Below, in pieces: positions 13,282 to 25,920 of a DNA stretch of 64,000 nucleotides. A model generated the notes under the pieces. The model searched no databases and had not been told where the DNA came from. It saw nothing but the letters and a program-made list of their open reading frames with translations. This DNA comes from Lama guanicoe (Eukaryota), in contig MU056050.1 in the NCBI GenBank assembly GCA_013239625.1, positions 1,660,084 to 1,724,083 on the forward strand. Direction: 5' to 3'. The position numbers were made by a program, and so were the translations under genes. How positions within the stretch are numbered: position 1 is the first letter of the stretch; each line of letters opens with the position of its first letter.

Positions 13282-13464
13282 TGTAGTATTCAGGTTGTGC
13301 TGCTGGTATCTTCCACCTTTACCTCTAGGAAGGTCCTCTCATTGTCACTATTCCAACTCCACGATATAGTAGTTAGGCCATGAGCCAAAGGAGAGATTCT
13401 TCACATGAGTAAACTTTAACATCATTGTGGAAATAAACTTGGACAGCATACATTAATTAGGAAA

Positions 13465-13610
13465 TATACCCATTTTTATAAGTGAGTAATTTAGAGCCTA
13501 CTAAGGACTTCAGTGACTTATTCAAGGTCAAGAAATGAGTTACCAAGGAAACACAAAGAATAATCCAGGTCTCCTGAATCCTAGCAGAGTTCCTTTCTTC
13601 AAAAGTATAC
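13465..13610 (-). mobile_element. MIR SINE
   Basis: cccattttta...gtgactttattcaaggtca...ccaggtctcctgaatcc. Confidence 0.6.
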
Positions 13611-15849
13611 TGCTGACCTGAAAGCTTGAAAGACTCCTAGGGCCTCCTTTGATAGGTATTCTTCTATAGGCTAGAAAGGTCACTAAGGTCATTTGTATAA
13701 AGGAAAGGAAATTAAAGAAAGGTAAGACTGCTGCTGTTTCTCAAAGATTTGTAGTTCAGTTGTATCTGTCACAGTGAATAACTCATAGAACAAGGGACAC
13801 AGGTGAGAGTCCAGAGGGTAGAGTGAGGTCATCCTGACTTTACATTTTTCAAAGGAAAAAGACAAATTTCTTTATTATTTTAAAGGATTTGAGAGGACTG
13901 TTGTGGCATTGTTGCATAGTACCAGTCAATTAAGAAAGCCAAAATAACAGGCATTCTTCATAACTTTGAGAGTTTAATAAGGAGGGAGACCCAGGGTATC
14001 AAGGTACAAGTTTGCACTACAAAAGACACTGAGATTCAGTGTAAAACAATTAATTTCTATTATTAAACACATTAAATAGATACATTTAAAATCCTATTGC
14101 TTTTACATAAAACCATGAGTGGTCCAGAGAACCCTTCATTCAATTAAACTATTGACTTGGGTTGGGACCCTGCTAGGTTCTGCAGTTCATATACATTGGC
14201 AAAATTCAAGTACTATTTTTCTTTTCTTGACAAACACTAACAACTGATGAACTAAGGGGACCACCAATTCAAACAAACGGGAGGAATGTCAACATCAGAA
14301 GTGTAAATATGCCTCTAATTAATTAATTTAATAATTATTTCCCTCTGACTTAGTATATTAAGTCAAATCTGGTGTTTATAAAATAATAAGATACAAGTAT
14401 ACAAAATATAAAACCTAGTCTCAACACTTCTCAATTACACTTCTCAGCAACTTCAACCTGGAACCTAGAAATAGAAACCAAAAAAAACCCAAAAAACCCT
14501 GAAGTAGTTCTCATAAATCCCATGAACTAAATAAAGCCTAACTATTTTGTCCAATAGAAGTATTTCATCCTTTGCTCAGATTCACATTTTGATACGTTTA
14601 TATCAATAAATAGATATCTAAGTATCTTTGTGTATAAAAAAATAAATTTATCTCATCCTTCAATCTGTAGAAGACCAGAAGCAGCAAATTAGAAGCTACA
14701 AGCAAGTAAAGAAAGCTGTCATTTCAGGCATACCACAGTGAAAAATGACATACATTCTTGAAGCAAGCTAGAGGGATACAACTTCTAAGACTATACCCAA
14801 GCAATTAAAAACACTGAAATTTGGGGCTATTTGGAGAATGTATGACATATGTCAATAAACATGAAGGACATGATAATGTGTCCTGATATTTGATGGTCAC
14901 ATTGATCTGTTTCTTCAGTCATCAAGCAAAATTTTGTTATGTTCTGTTAGATTTTATCATCTTGGATATGAATTTGCACAAAATATAATTCATTTCTTGC
15001 TGCCTTTCTAAACATTTCAGTTCTTAAAGAGGCAAATTTAAGGTGTTTTTTTTTAAATTAACATTTTAGAATATCTTCGTTGATAATGATAGATTAAAAG
15101 AAAATTACCCTGTGTACATATGTATGAGAGAAGAATTGTGGATTCTTAGCATGGGGGCCTGGATAAACAGAATCAAGGTCATTCCTAGGTTGTGGGGTAG
15201 GGGAGCACGGGTAAGCATTTTGTTCTGTATAAACAACTTAATTTTAAGACATATATAAAATCAGTGAGCCCATATAAAATACAGTGACTTACCGATGAAG
15301 ACTTAGAATATTGGATAAAGAAGATTTTGAATAATGGATAGAGAAGAGAGTTTTATATTTGTTTATTATACAAAAAAATTCACATGAAGAATCTTAGTCA
15401 TGTTCAAACCTTATTTCTCTCTGCTCAGGTCCAGAAACAATCTCTTTGTGTATTTTATTGTTAAATGTGCCACTCCTGGTTAATTTTATATTTCTCTCCA
15501 TGAAAAAAAAATAGCAATATAGGTATTATTCACAATACTATGGTACCATGGCTCTTCACAACCAGTTTATTATAAAATAATATAGATCTTCCTGCTTCTT
15601 CAGTTCCCTAATGCCATTTATTTAATGCTGGTTATGCCATCACTCATGACACTACATCCTTCCTGCCTCATTTGAAAACTGGTTTATAGTGACTCTCTTT
15701 AAAGTTATTACTGCTCTGTTGATGATGACCACAAATGCAAGTCTTGCCCAGAGTAAGCAGAGAAATGTGAGTGATACTTCTGGTCATATTAATTTATCCT
15801 TCAGAATTTTATAGTATAAACATAGAAATACATCTTTCAATCACTACCA

Positions 15850-16445
15850 AATAAAATCCATCAGAAAGTCCTGAAAATTCTCCCTCCAAGATATATCCAA
15901 AATTTGACCACTCTTCCCTGACTCAGTTTCTACAATCCTAATCCAAACCATGATCACTTCTCAGTTAGGATATAGGCAGTTAATACCCCATAACAGGTTT
16001 CCATAATTATACTTTTGTTTCCTTATATCTTTCTCACACAGTAGTCAGAGTAATACTCTTGAAACAGATGAAGCAACATCCTTGCTTAAAAATATCTAAT
16101 GACCTACCATCACAACTTGAATGAAATTCAAATTCTTAACAATGTACAAAAGAAAAGCCTTCTTGATCTGCCTTTGCCTACCTCTCTAGCTTTGTTTCCC
16201 ACCCACCCTCACTGCATACTATGCTTCATACATATTTATTGCACAGACCACTGCAGGGCCTTTGCACACTCCACAAATCACTCTCTAGCATAATCCCTTC
16301 TCTTTTCTCCGTATTACTGACTTACTGAAATGCTCTTGCTTTGCTTATTAAACTGCTTACTGTTTATTTCCATTCTTTTCTACTAGATGTAAGGTTCATG
16401 AAAGCAGAAGTGTTATCTATCATGTCCACTGTGGTATTCCCTGTG
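15850..16445 (+). mobile_element. L2 fragment
   Basis: aatccatcagaaagtcctg...gatatatccaaaatttgaccact...ctagatgtaaggttcatgaaagcag. Confidence 0.75.
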
Positions 16446-19400
16446 AATAGAGATAAAGTTGGGATTAGAACCCAGATCCAAAGACTCAGGCCAGTTCTTT
16501 TTTCACGAGGCTCAAAATCTATTTAGAGAGACATGAATCACATTTAGAGTAATACAGTCCAGTCCTCAGTTAGGTACTGATTATTTGAAATGGACTGAAA
16601 GTGATCAAAGATGTCAGAAAAGATGAAAATTAGTATAGCGAGGGGTCTTAAAGGTAGATATTACAGAGAAGGTAGATTAAGTGCCTTCATCTCAGAGATC
16701 CCAGACAAATATAAAAGTTAAAGGTAAAATACACATGTGTGGAATCATTATTTTGTATCCGGACAAAATTTACTCTGTATCAATAATTCAAGTAAAAACC
16801 TCCCAGATTTTTATTCTTGCCATATAACATTTCTACTCGGTGCTGGTCCATGTTTTCAGGGGAAAAAAAATCACAACTCAAGTACTTATATTCTGAGCTT
16901 TATCAATTTGCAAAAAAAAAGACCACTGCAAAATAGATTTTCTTCTTCCCACTGGACTCCCAGAAGTCATTGTGAACTAGGGAGTGAACCTGGATAACTT
17001 CAGTCTCCAATATGTTACAATTAAAATGTGGTCCTAATTATATTCAAATTTGTGAGAAAGGGCCATGAAACTTTCAGGGAGAAAATGATGTTGTCATTAA
17101 CATGCAAACCAGTCCTGTGGTTTGCACCAGTCTGTGCTGAAGACATATGCTGCAAATGCACAGGGAATGAATTATCAGTTGGATTGTGTGGGCTGCTTAC
17201 AACAAGAGACAGAGTTGTAAAGATCTAAGAGAACTTTTTATAAGTCTGATCAGGCAAGAAAGACGATAGAAGCAATAGAATAAACTGTTCTAAGGTACAT
17301 GCTGACAGAAACAAAGACCCAAGACAAGGGCAGAAAACATGAAAGAGGGCAAAAAAAAAAAAGATTCCTGGGCTCAGACTCAGACTGACAGAAGCAATGA
17401 CAATGGAAGAGGTTATATACTTGCATTAAGAAAGCTGAGTATTATGACATTTTTCTTGTGATTTGTCTCAAAATATATCAAAGTTTCTCGTAAAGTATTT
17501 TTGCTCGATTATAAATTCACATGAATTATGTGTGCTGAAAATATCAAATCTTAGGTGGTAGACCAATTATTAACTTGTGGAACTGAAACAAAAAAGGGAA
17601 TCTATTCTTGAAGGCTTCAGGCTGCTTGGGGTGATGATTGTTGGATGAAGTATGCCATCTCACCAGACAAAGACTGGTCTCACTTCCCAAACTAGGACAG
17701 CCCATGGACTGACATATTTTAAACAAACACATTAAAGTATTTTATATAATTTTAAAGTATTATATAAGTATACAACACTTCTATAAAAAAGAAAATACTA
17801 AGCATCAATAATTTCGTCACCCATAGATAAGCACTAACAATTGGTATCTTCCATTCTTTTTATTCCTAGTTACAAATATACCGTGTGTCATCCAATTTGG
17901 AGTACAGAATAAGGTCACATGTCTTCTGATACTCAAAGTAATACAAGCCTGAATCTCAGGTCACAAATTTCAATCAGTCCTTTGGTTCTCCTAGACATTT
18001 CCTTCCCCAATATTCCTCTGAATTCTTGTTCTGAGGGTAAAATACTTCCACTGACTACTTGACCCATACTGCATACAATGAGGCAGGTACTTTTCCAAAT
18101 GGAAAACAAATTGCTATTTATACAAGGTAAATGCATACTGAGTGGCCAGTGGGTGGCCAAAACAAATATGTACTGCATTTCCATGGGTTCTCAAGAAGGG
18201 TCTCTGAATTTCAGGCATTGTATTTTGGGGGTATTGCACAGAGGCTGTAGCTTTCAGCTGAAGAACTGAATGGTATAATACAAACAAAACAATTACTACA
18301 TTTCAGCCTCACCTTTGGCCTCTTTTGGGGTACATTTTTTCTTTTAAACAAATTTTTCTCCTCCTGATTGTAGTTATTTTCTTAAACTGCAGTTTAAAAG
18401 CAAACTAGGGCTTGAGCTAGTCTCCTTTCAGATGCTTTTTCTGAATCATTAACCACCTAAGCCTGCATTTGGTTTTGACCATTTCTTCATTTCCATGGTG
18501 ATTTAGAAGAGCAGCTGAGAGGAAGCAGAAAACAGATAAAAAGCTGTCCTTTTAAGCAAGAGTTGGGGTGAGGACAGAAAGTGGGAAAACAGGCTTACGT
18601 AAGTGTCATTAAGGATATGTGACCCATTGTTGATGATAATCAAGGCACTTTACTGGCAGCCACTTCAACTTATGCTAATGTTGCCACTATTGAATTACCA
18701 CTCTCTGAAGGAAGTAGAGTGGCATATGTAGGACAAGTGCCAAATCTTCAAATGGTGTGACAGGTTGTGGATAAATTATAGACTTCTAGCAGGATTTAGA
18801 ACATCTTCCCATTTAGAGTACACACCCAGCTGGTGACTATCTCATAGTAATAATTTAGAGTTTGGGGTCACACCAAAATCCAGCCAGTCTAGAGCAAAAT
18901 TGTGAAATCAGTAACATATAATTGCAGAGTTCACCATCTTTACTTCCATATATCTATCCTCCCTTCTGATGTGCCAAAGACCTTAATAATGTCCTCATAA
19001 TAACTGGGATTCCTTACTGTGGTACAATATTGGAACTAAGTATGTCCCATACTCTTGAATTTTCCTCCTATCTTTCTCCCCTTACAAACATTTCTATCCA
19101 GATTCCATTCTCTGATCCTCTGAGAAAACAAAGGGCATTTCCATGAAAATGGAGGAATGTTGCCATGGCAACATTTCAATACGGGTGTTTAATACCTAGT
19201 CCAATTGGTCTTCAACTATTTCTTAATCTCAGAAAACTTCTCTCATATAATGTTTTACAGATTTACTAATACTATGAATGTGGACTGCCCATGTATAATT
19301 GAAAATTTTGTAATAATTTTTATGGGCTTGGAAATTTTTCTGATTAAAAAAATAACGCATGATCTTTGCAAAAGAAAAAGGGGGGATGCAGAAAGTATAA

Positions 19401-19509
19401 GGAAAAAAACGAAGATTATCCATATCTCATCACTTGATGGTAGCCACTGTTAACATTTTGGTATATATTCTTCAAAACTATAAAGCTTGAAGAAGCTGCA
19501 GCTGAAACT

Positions 19510-19606
19510 TATATGAATGCTGTGGAGATTAAATAACTGAATAATATAATTAACGCACCTAGCATGATGCCTGAGACACAGAAGCCCTTAAATAAATCTA
19601 ACTATA
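19510..19606 (+). mobile_element. MIR 3' end (target of the mini-L1 insertion)
   Basis: gagattaaataa...gcacctagcatgatgcctgagacacagaagcccttaaataaat. Confidence 0.65.
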
Positions 19607-19963
19607 GGAGGTGCCAAGATGGCGGAGTAGAGAGACTCACAGCTCACCCTCTCCCACAAATACACCAAGGATTACATCTACAAACCCACTGAATCACACC
19701 AGAACACCTACTCAACTCAGGCAGAGTGTCTCTCACTTGGAAATACAGGAGGATTTTCACAAAATCCGATAAACAACAAGTTCATACCGTACAGTACAGG
19801 GAACTATATTCAGTATTTTGTAGTAACTTTGGTGAAAAAGAATATGAAAACAAATATGTGTATGTTCATGTATGACTGAAGCATAGTGCTGTACACCAGA
19901 AATTGACACAGCATTGTAAACTGACTATATTTCAACAAATATATATATATATATACAAAAAAA
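19607..19963 (+). mobile_element. Bipartite mini-L1: 5' UTR start (19607-19768) fused to 3' UTR end and tail (19769-19963)
   Basis: Starts with the L1 5' motif caagatggcggagtag (YY1 site); after ...aaaatccg it switches to ataaacaacaag..., homologous to L1 3' UTRs at 43144-43320 and 52714-52890; degraded TSD aaatctaactatag/aaaagtaacaatag. Confidence 0.85.
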
Positions 19964-20044
19964 GTAACAATAGTGTGTCCATTTCACATTTTATGTCTCA
20001 TTTGATTCCCCGTGTCATTGCCCTGCTGTAAATGAAATCAATAG

Positions 20045-20408
20045 TGTTACAAACTGAATGTGTCATCACAAAATTCCTATGTTGAAATTCTTCTCCCCAG
20101 TGTAATGGTATTTTAGGAGGTGGGACCTTTGGAGGTGTTTAGGTCATAACAGTGGAGCCCTCATGAATGTGATGAGAGCCCTTATAAAAGAGACCCCAGA
20201 GATCTCTTTGGTCCCTTCCACCATAAGAGGACACAGTGAGAAAACAGCATCTATGAATCAGGAAGCAGGTCCCCACCAGATACCAAACCTGCTAATGGCT
20301 TGATCTTGGACTTCCCAGCCTCCAGAACTGTGAGAAGTAAATGCCTGCTTGCTGTAAACTACCCAGTCTATGGTAGTTTTGTTACAGCACACCAAAATGA
20401 CTCAGACA
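20045..20408 (+). mobile_element. MLT1A0-type MaLR solo LTR
   Basis: tgttacaaactgaatgtg...cttgatcttggacttcccagcctccagaactgtgaga...gactcagaca. Confidence 0.9.
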
Positions 20409-20429
20409 AGCAGTATTAGCATTATTTTT

Positions 20430-20580
20430 CTCCAGATGCTTCTTGTTAAGAACAGAGATTTCCAGGTTCTGAATACCTGAAAATTTCTAATTCAGTAGAT
20501 CTGTGTAGGAAACTGGCCTGTGTATGTTTCAATAGTTCAACACCTTAACATGGTGCACAGTCGGCTTTGTGAAACTTTGC
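20430..20580. mobile_element. MER5-like DNA transposon remnant
   Basis: cttgttaagaacagagatttccagg...ttctaattcagtagatctg. Confidence 0.45.
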
Positions 20581-21349
20581 TTTATATATATCACTCTATG
20601 AACATCCAAAAGGCATGCCCCAAGCCCTCTTCTGAGAATATTGATGAAAATTGAAAACAATTCAACTGCAAGGTAGGTGTTGGTGGTGATTCTGAGCCAT
20701 TTCGATGCACAGCCTTGAGAATCTTTGCCCTACACCTACAATGTCATTTTGTTTTGTGCCTATGTCCTAGTGCGTGCTCTACTGTCTCCCACCCATGCAC
20801 TGTCCCCAATCCATGTTCTTTGCTAGCAGCCCCAGGAGAGCAAATTTGCATTCTTGATGTCTTTATCTTGCCACACATTACTTAGCATAATGTTTTGCAC
20901 CCAGCCACAGATCGATCAATATTATTGACTCAACAAACGATGAATTTGAAGCAACCAGTCAATACTACATTAGTCCTAAGGGAAAAGAATATGGAATGCA
21001 CTTGTTTTGAACAACCTGCATTTGCCCATTGTTGTTGGAACAACCATTTCCCTCTGGGCAGAGCGAAGAAAATCTCCCTGCATCCTCTATCCAATGCGCT
21101 CTTCTTTAGCCCCTCCTGACTATAGTCCACAATTCTCTGGCTGAAATTAAAAAAAAAAAAAAAAAACTAGTATAACATGAGCTATTGCAAAAATTCATAG
21201 AAATGGGCCTAAAAATTTAATCTTATTTTTGGTAGGCCTCTGGTTAACTCAGCCACAGAGGTTCTTCTACTACTCTCTTCTAGAAGCTCTGAAATCATGA
21301 AATATCTAGAACATCCTTAAGTTGCCAGTTCTTACACTGTAATTGTTAT

Positions 21350-21595
21350 TACTGTGGTCCCTGGAATCAAACTGCCTAGGAATAGAATGTACACTCTTAC
21401 CCTCACTGTTTAACTTTGGGCAAGGTCCTTACCTTCTCTATGCACCAGTTTTCTCATTTGTTAAAAAAAAGGGGGGGCGGGCATAATATTAGTACCCATC
21501 CCATAGAGTTTTAGTGAGGATTAAATTTTATAATGCTCATTAAAGAACTTAGCACTGTGAGGCTGACACAAGATAATTACTCGGCAAATGTTAAG
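21350..21595 (+). mobile_element. MIR SINE
   Basis: ctttgggcaagg...cagttttctcatttgttaaaa...gtgaggattaaat. Confidence 0.85.
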
Positions 21596-22244
21596 AAAGG
21601 ATGGTGTTATCATGCAGTGGCAGAACTGTGAGAAATATACCAGTGTCAGGACCATGGGAGCCAAGAAATCATATTCATCTGTTCTGACAAGAGGTCAGAG
21701 TGGGAAACAGGGACTGTATCTGGGGCACCAACAATCCAAACACTAAAAGGGAAACCTGATAAAGAGGTGAGGGTCTGTCTGGCTCTGTCATGAGGCTCTT
21801 ACATACTTTCAGCAAGGACCCACTGGTACCACAGTAAATGATTACTTCTGGCTAGATCAAAGTGTTTCCTTCTCAGGATGTTTTGTGAGAAATTCTGGAT
21901 TGTTGGTGTTTAACTGATTTAAAAAAAGAAAACACTTACTGACATGAACTTGATTTTTTTTTTAATCCCCAAAGTGCCAAACTAGTATATTAAGTGGTCA
22001 ATTAGCTTTCCCTGTGTGGATGTGAAAGGAGAGAAGGCTACGATAAAGCTGACAGTGGTAGAATTATAGGGACTGTACCAACTCCGCCACTATCCTGGGT
22101 CAATGCTACTACGCAGCATCTCTGTTGACAACAGTCTGAAAGGAGTAGAGGTGGCAGCAAATAATGTCGACCGTGGATTCTCCATGTTGTATCCTTACAC
22201 TCTTGGCAATACAAATAGATCCCCCTTCCAACCTTGAAGGCATA

Positions 22245-22378
22245 ATTAAGAAGGATGTGTTAACTAACCTTATTGGGGTAATCATTTCATACCATACACG
22301 TGTTAAGTCATCACTTGTACACCTTAAACTTACACAATGCTCTATGTCAATTATATCTCAATAAAGCTGGAAATAAAG
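22245..22378 (+). mobile_element. Short L1M (L1MA/MB-type) 3' terminus
   Basis: ttgtacaccttaaacttacacaatg...tgtcaattatatctcaataaagctggaaa. Confidence 0.8.
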
Positions 22379-23574
22379 AGCTATATTGTAGGTAGTCAGT
22401 GAGGCTCTCAGCTTCAAGGACCACTTTTCCTTCCAGGCTGGACCAGAACCTACTTTTTCAGTAGGGACTTGGGAAGGTACATTTTTTCTCCCTTTTTCAG
22501 TCAGGAAGAAAAACCATTGAAAAACATTGTGAATGTTGGAAACTACAGTGCTGAAATGTGAATCTCTTGTCCTGTGCAGCAAACCTTTGTAATCCTGACC
22601 AGTTGTTGTTGTCTAGGCTACAGTTCCAGAACCACAGCCCAGGAAGAGTTCTGGACAACTATATCATCTTTTCACTAGGCAGAGCATTTTATCTTTGCCT
22701 CTCTTCCTGCCCTAGTAATGTGGACCAGACTAGACTCTGTTTGCCTCTCCACAGGTGAAGGCGCTGGGAACCTTGCAGCTCCATTAATAATTTATCCTCA
22801 TCCTACTTCTCTCCCACTCCTTTCCTCGCTGCTGCCAACATACACTATAAATTCTTTTCTCCATGATGTTACCTATGCTGCTTCCACCCCCTGAAATGCA
22901 CTCCCTCCTCCTCTCTGCCTCTGCAAGTTTTACTCATCTTTCAACACTCAGCTCAACTTGTACCTCACTAATTAAGCCTCTTCTGCTGGTTCTGGCACAC
23001 ACTAGCACATTGGTTTTAATCTCTCCTGACTTGATGTAATAGTGGAAATCAATCACTAAGTCAAGTGTTTTTACTTTTAAAAAGACATATACATATCACT
23101 AGTGGTAACGTTTTATACACACACACATATAAAATTCTAAAATTCTGGTCTTTCTGGCATGAGTTAAGTGTTCTAGAGGGCAATTTTATATTCAATACTT
23201 CTTTTCTATTTCCCACAGCTTTTTTCACAGATGCTCTGAACATTTAAAGATTTAAATCCAATTATTCATATTCACAATATCTTTGAACATTACCTACTAA
23301 AGTCTGATTTCTTCTCCTAGTAAATATCTAGTACTCATTTTCTTTTTAATTTTTAAAAAGAGGGAGAATATAAGAGAATAAAAAGGTAATATTATATTTA
23401 AGACAATAAAAAGAAAAAATAAGAAAGAACAGAAAAGAAAAACAATTTGTGAACATTCCCTATTACCACTTCTTTGGCAGCAAAACTGATTCTAGACTAG
23501 ACTTACTGGTCTTGTGATTGAACCCTAATCAGAACAGAACTTGCTGTTTTGATTATGTTTGACCCAGAAAAGGA

Positions 23575-23790
23575 GATAAGAAGTAATGAATTAGCATCTA
23601 TTGAGAATTTTCCAGACTCCAAATATTCTATGGGGATTTGCTTCTTCAAGCAACAATCTTATGAAGAGGATTTTATTCCCATTTTGCAGTCAAGGGACGT
23701 GAGACCCAGAAAGGTTAAGCAACATGCTCTTATTTGTAGTAAGTAAATTGCAGAATCTGAACCCTGATCTTACTTTATTCTAGTGCCCAC
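23575..23790 (-). mobile_element. MIR SINE
   Basis: caacaatcttatgaag...attccc attttgcag...gagacccagaaaggttaag. Confidence 0.7.
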
Positions 23791-23954
23791 ATTCATAATT
23801 ATTATGCTGTGTGGTCTCTGTTCTCTGGGCTGGCTGAGGTCACAAAGTGGATGGATTTACCTCCTGGACCTAATCAGGGCTAGGGAAGGCAAGATCCTAA
23901 CAGGGTTATATGATGCCAATGTATTTAGCACGAGAGCAAAAGTTACTATAGATG

Positions 23955-24152
23955 AGGCATCACTGTATGGCATAAAAAGTATGGACTTTGAAGTCAGACA
24001 TACTTGTTTATAGTCCCTAACTCTGCCACTAATTAACTGTGTGACAGTGGACAAGTCATTTCACCTCTGTTTTTTTTCTTTTTCTCGTCTGAAAAATGAG
24101 GGAAATGAACTAGGTGATCTATAAGATTTCTTCAAACTCTAATATTCTATGA
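23955..24152 (+). mobile_element. MIR/MIR3-type SINE
   Basis: ggactttgaagtcagac...ctctgccactaattaactgtgtgac...aactctaatattctatga. Confidence 0.8.
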
Positions 24153-25399
24153 TTTAAATATCAAAATTATTACTCCAAAATAAAAGAGACAGTTACTTAA
24201 AGATCTGCAATTAAACCAGCCAAAGTAAAAATCTGGCTCAATAGACTTAAATATATGTGTTAAGCTAAATTTAGTGTTCCAGCACTCACAATTTTGTCTT
24301 GCAAGTTAATAGAGAAATCAGTGCGAATGGTAAAATGTTCCTAACTTAAAGAGGAAAGTATCTCGTTATAATTTCACTAAAACAAAGCCAGCAGTTAAAA
24401 AGGCCAGAAATGTTCTAGGAGTCATATTTACATCTTGAGTAAATGAGGTTATGGTATAGAAAGTACATTATCTCCACATGTCTCAGAGGTTCGAGCTGAG
24501 AATTCTTCATGAATAAAACATTAGGGCGTAATGTACACTCTAGTCTTGTACCCTTCTTTAGCCTCCCAATTCAAGAAAAGCATTTTGTCTAAACCTCTCT
24601 GTGTTGATCCTGGCTGTTTATTTACTTATCTTGTCTGAGCATTTAGACAATAAGCTTCTGGGAACAAAGCCCTTTAGAAAGAGAAAAAAATAATAATTTA
24701 TGGCCAGATTTATAGCCAGATGTCTTAAAATATGATTTAACATGACTTCTTTTGTAGCTTGATACCCACAGTAAACCTAAATCACACTGCTTTCTCAGTG
24801 TGTAAAAATATTAAGCCACAATGTTTTGTTAACCACTGACCTAATACTTGATGGGAATAAAATGAAGGTTAAGGCTTCATGGATAGGAAAAATAACTCTG
24901 TATGCCTGCAGGTGATTCATGACTGATTAGAAGTTGTTACCACTACTCCCTACCTTTCATTTTAAAGGATCTCAGGTTGAAATTTGTGAATGACAGAAGA
25001 TTCTAATTGGGCAAGTTCATAAAATGTGAATACTATCTGACATACAAAGGCGTATGGGAAGGGAGCCAAGCAAAAAATAGACTTGCTGCCCTACTCCCTT
25101 TGTGCCTCATTTAGATATAAGTTTTCCATGTGTTTACTGGTGAGATGCGTATGACTGTGTGTATGTGTGACTATAAAAGTAAAAGAGAAAAGGAAGAAGA
25201 CAGAGGAGAGGAAAAAGGGAGCAAGAGACAGAGAGATGGAGAGAGACAGAGAGAGAACCAAAAATTCATATATTAAGTTCTGCTGCAAAGCATGTTCAAT
25301 ATCATATTCAGCTTTGGGGCTGTGGCAAATACTGTTTTTTTTTTTTCACTTACCCCATAGCCATTTACTTCACTTCCTTCCTAAAAGATTTTGTTTGCT

Positions 25400-25920
25400 C
25401 AAGTGTGCCTAGGCCGAGGAAATAAGTCATGATAGGTCTAAGCCAGTTACGTCAATTCAGTTCCCCTTTCACAGAGAATGGACTAGCTGGGGACATATGA
25501 TGCAAGTCTGGCTAGTAGAATACAAAAGAGTCTGCTGGGAGCTTCTAGAAAAGATTTTTCTCCCCTAGAATCTCTAAGCAAGATTAGATCTGTCATGATT
25601 CATCTTCTGGTACTGAGCATATTTTAGCTTTAACAAAATCCAGGCTTTTGTTTTCATGTGTTCCTTTCTGCTTTGAACATTCTCATATAAGAACATGCTG
25701 CTTAGAGCTATTTCAGTCACCTAGTGACCAGAAGAGAAGGGCAAAAAAATAATTCTAGAGATGCCTACCCAGTGCCCTGACATCCTCATTCTATTGAATT
25801 AATCCTAGCACCAACTACCTCCAGATTTCCCCTCTAGAGAATACTAAATGTTCTTATGGTTTAAGCCACTGTTAGTCTGTTTTTCTGTTACTTGTAGCCA
25901 TAAACATCCTCAATAATACA
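25400..25920 (+). mobile_element. Old MaLR LTR (MLT1I/J/K-like)
   Basis: agtctgctggg...ttctagaaaagattttt...gtttaagccactgttag...tctgttacttgtagcc...taataca. Confidence 0.7.
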
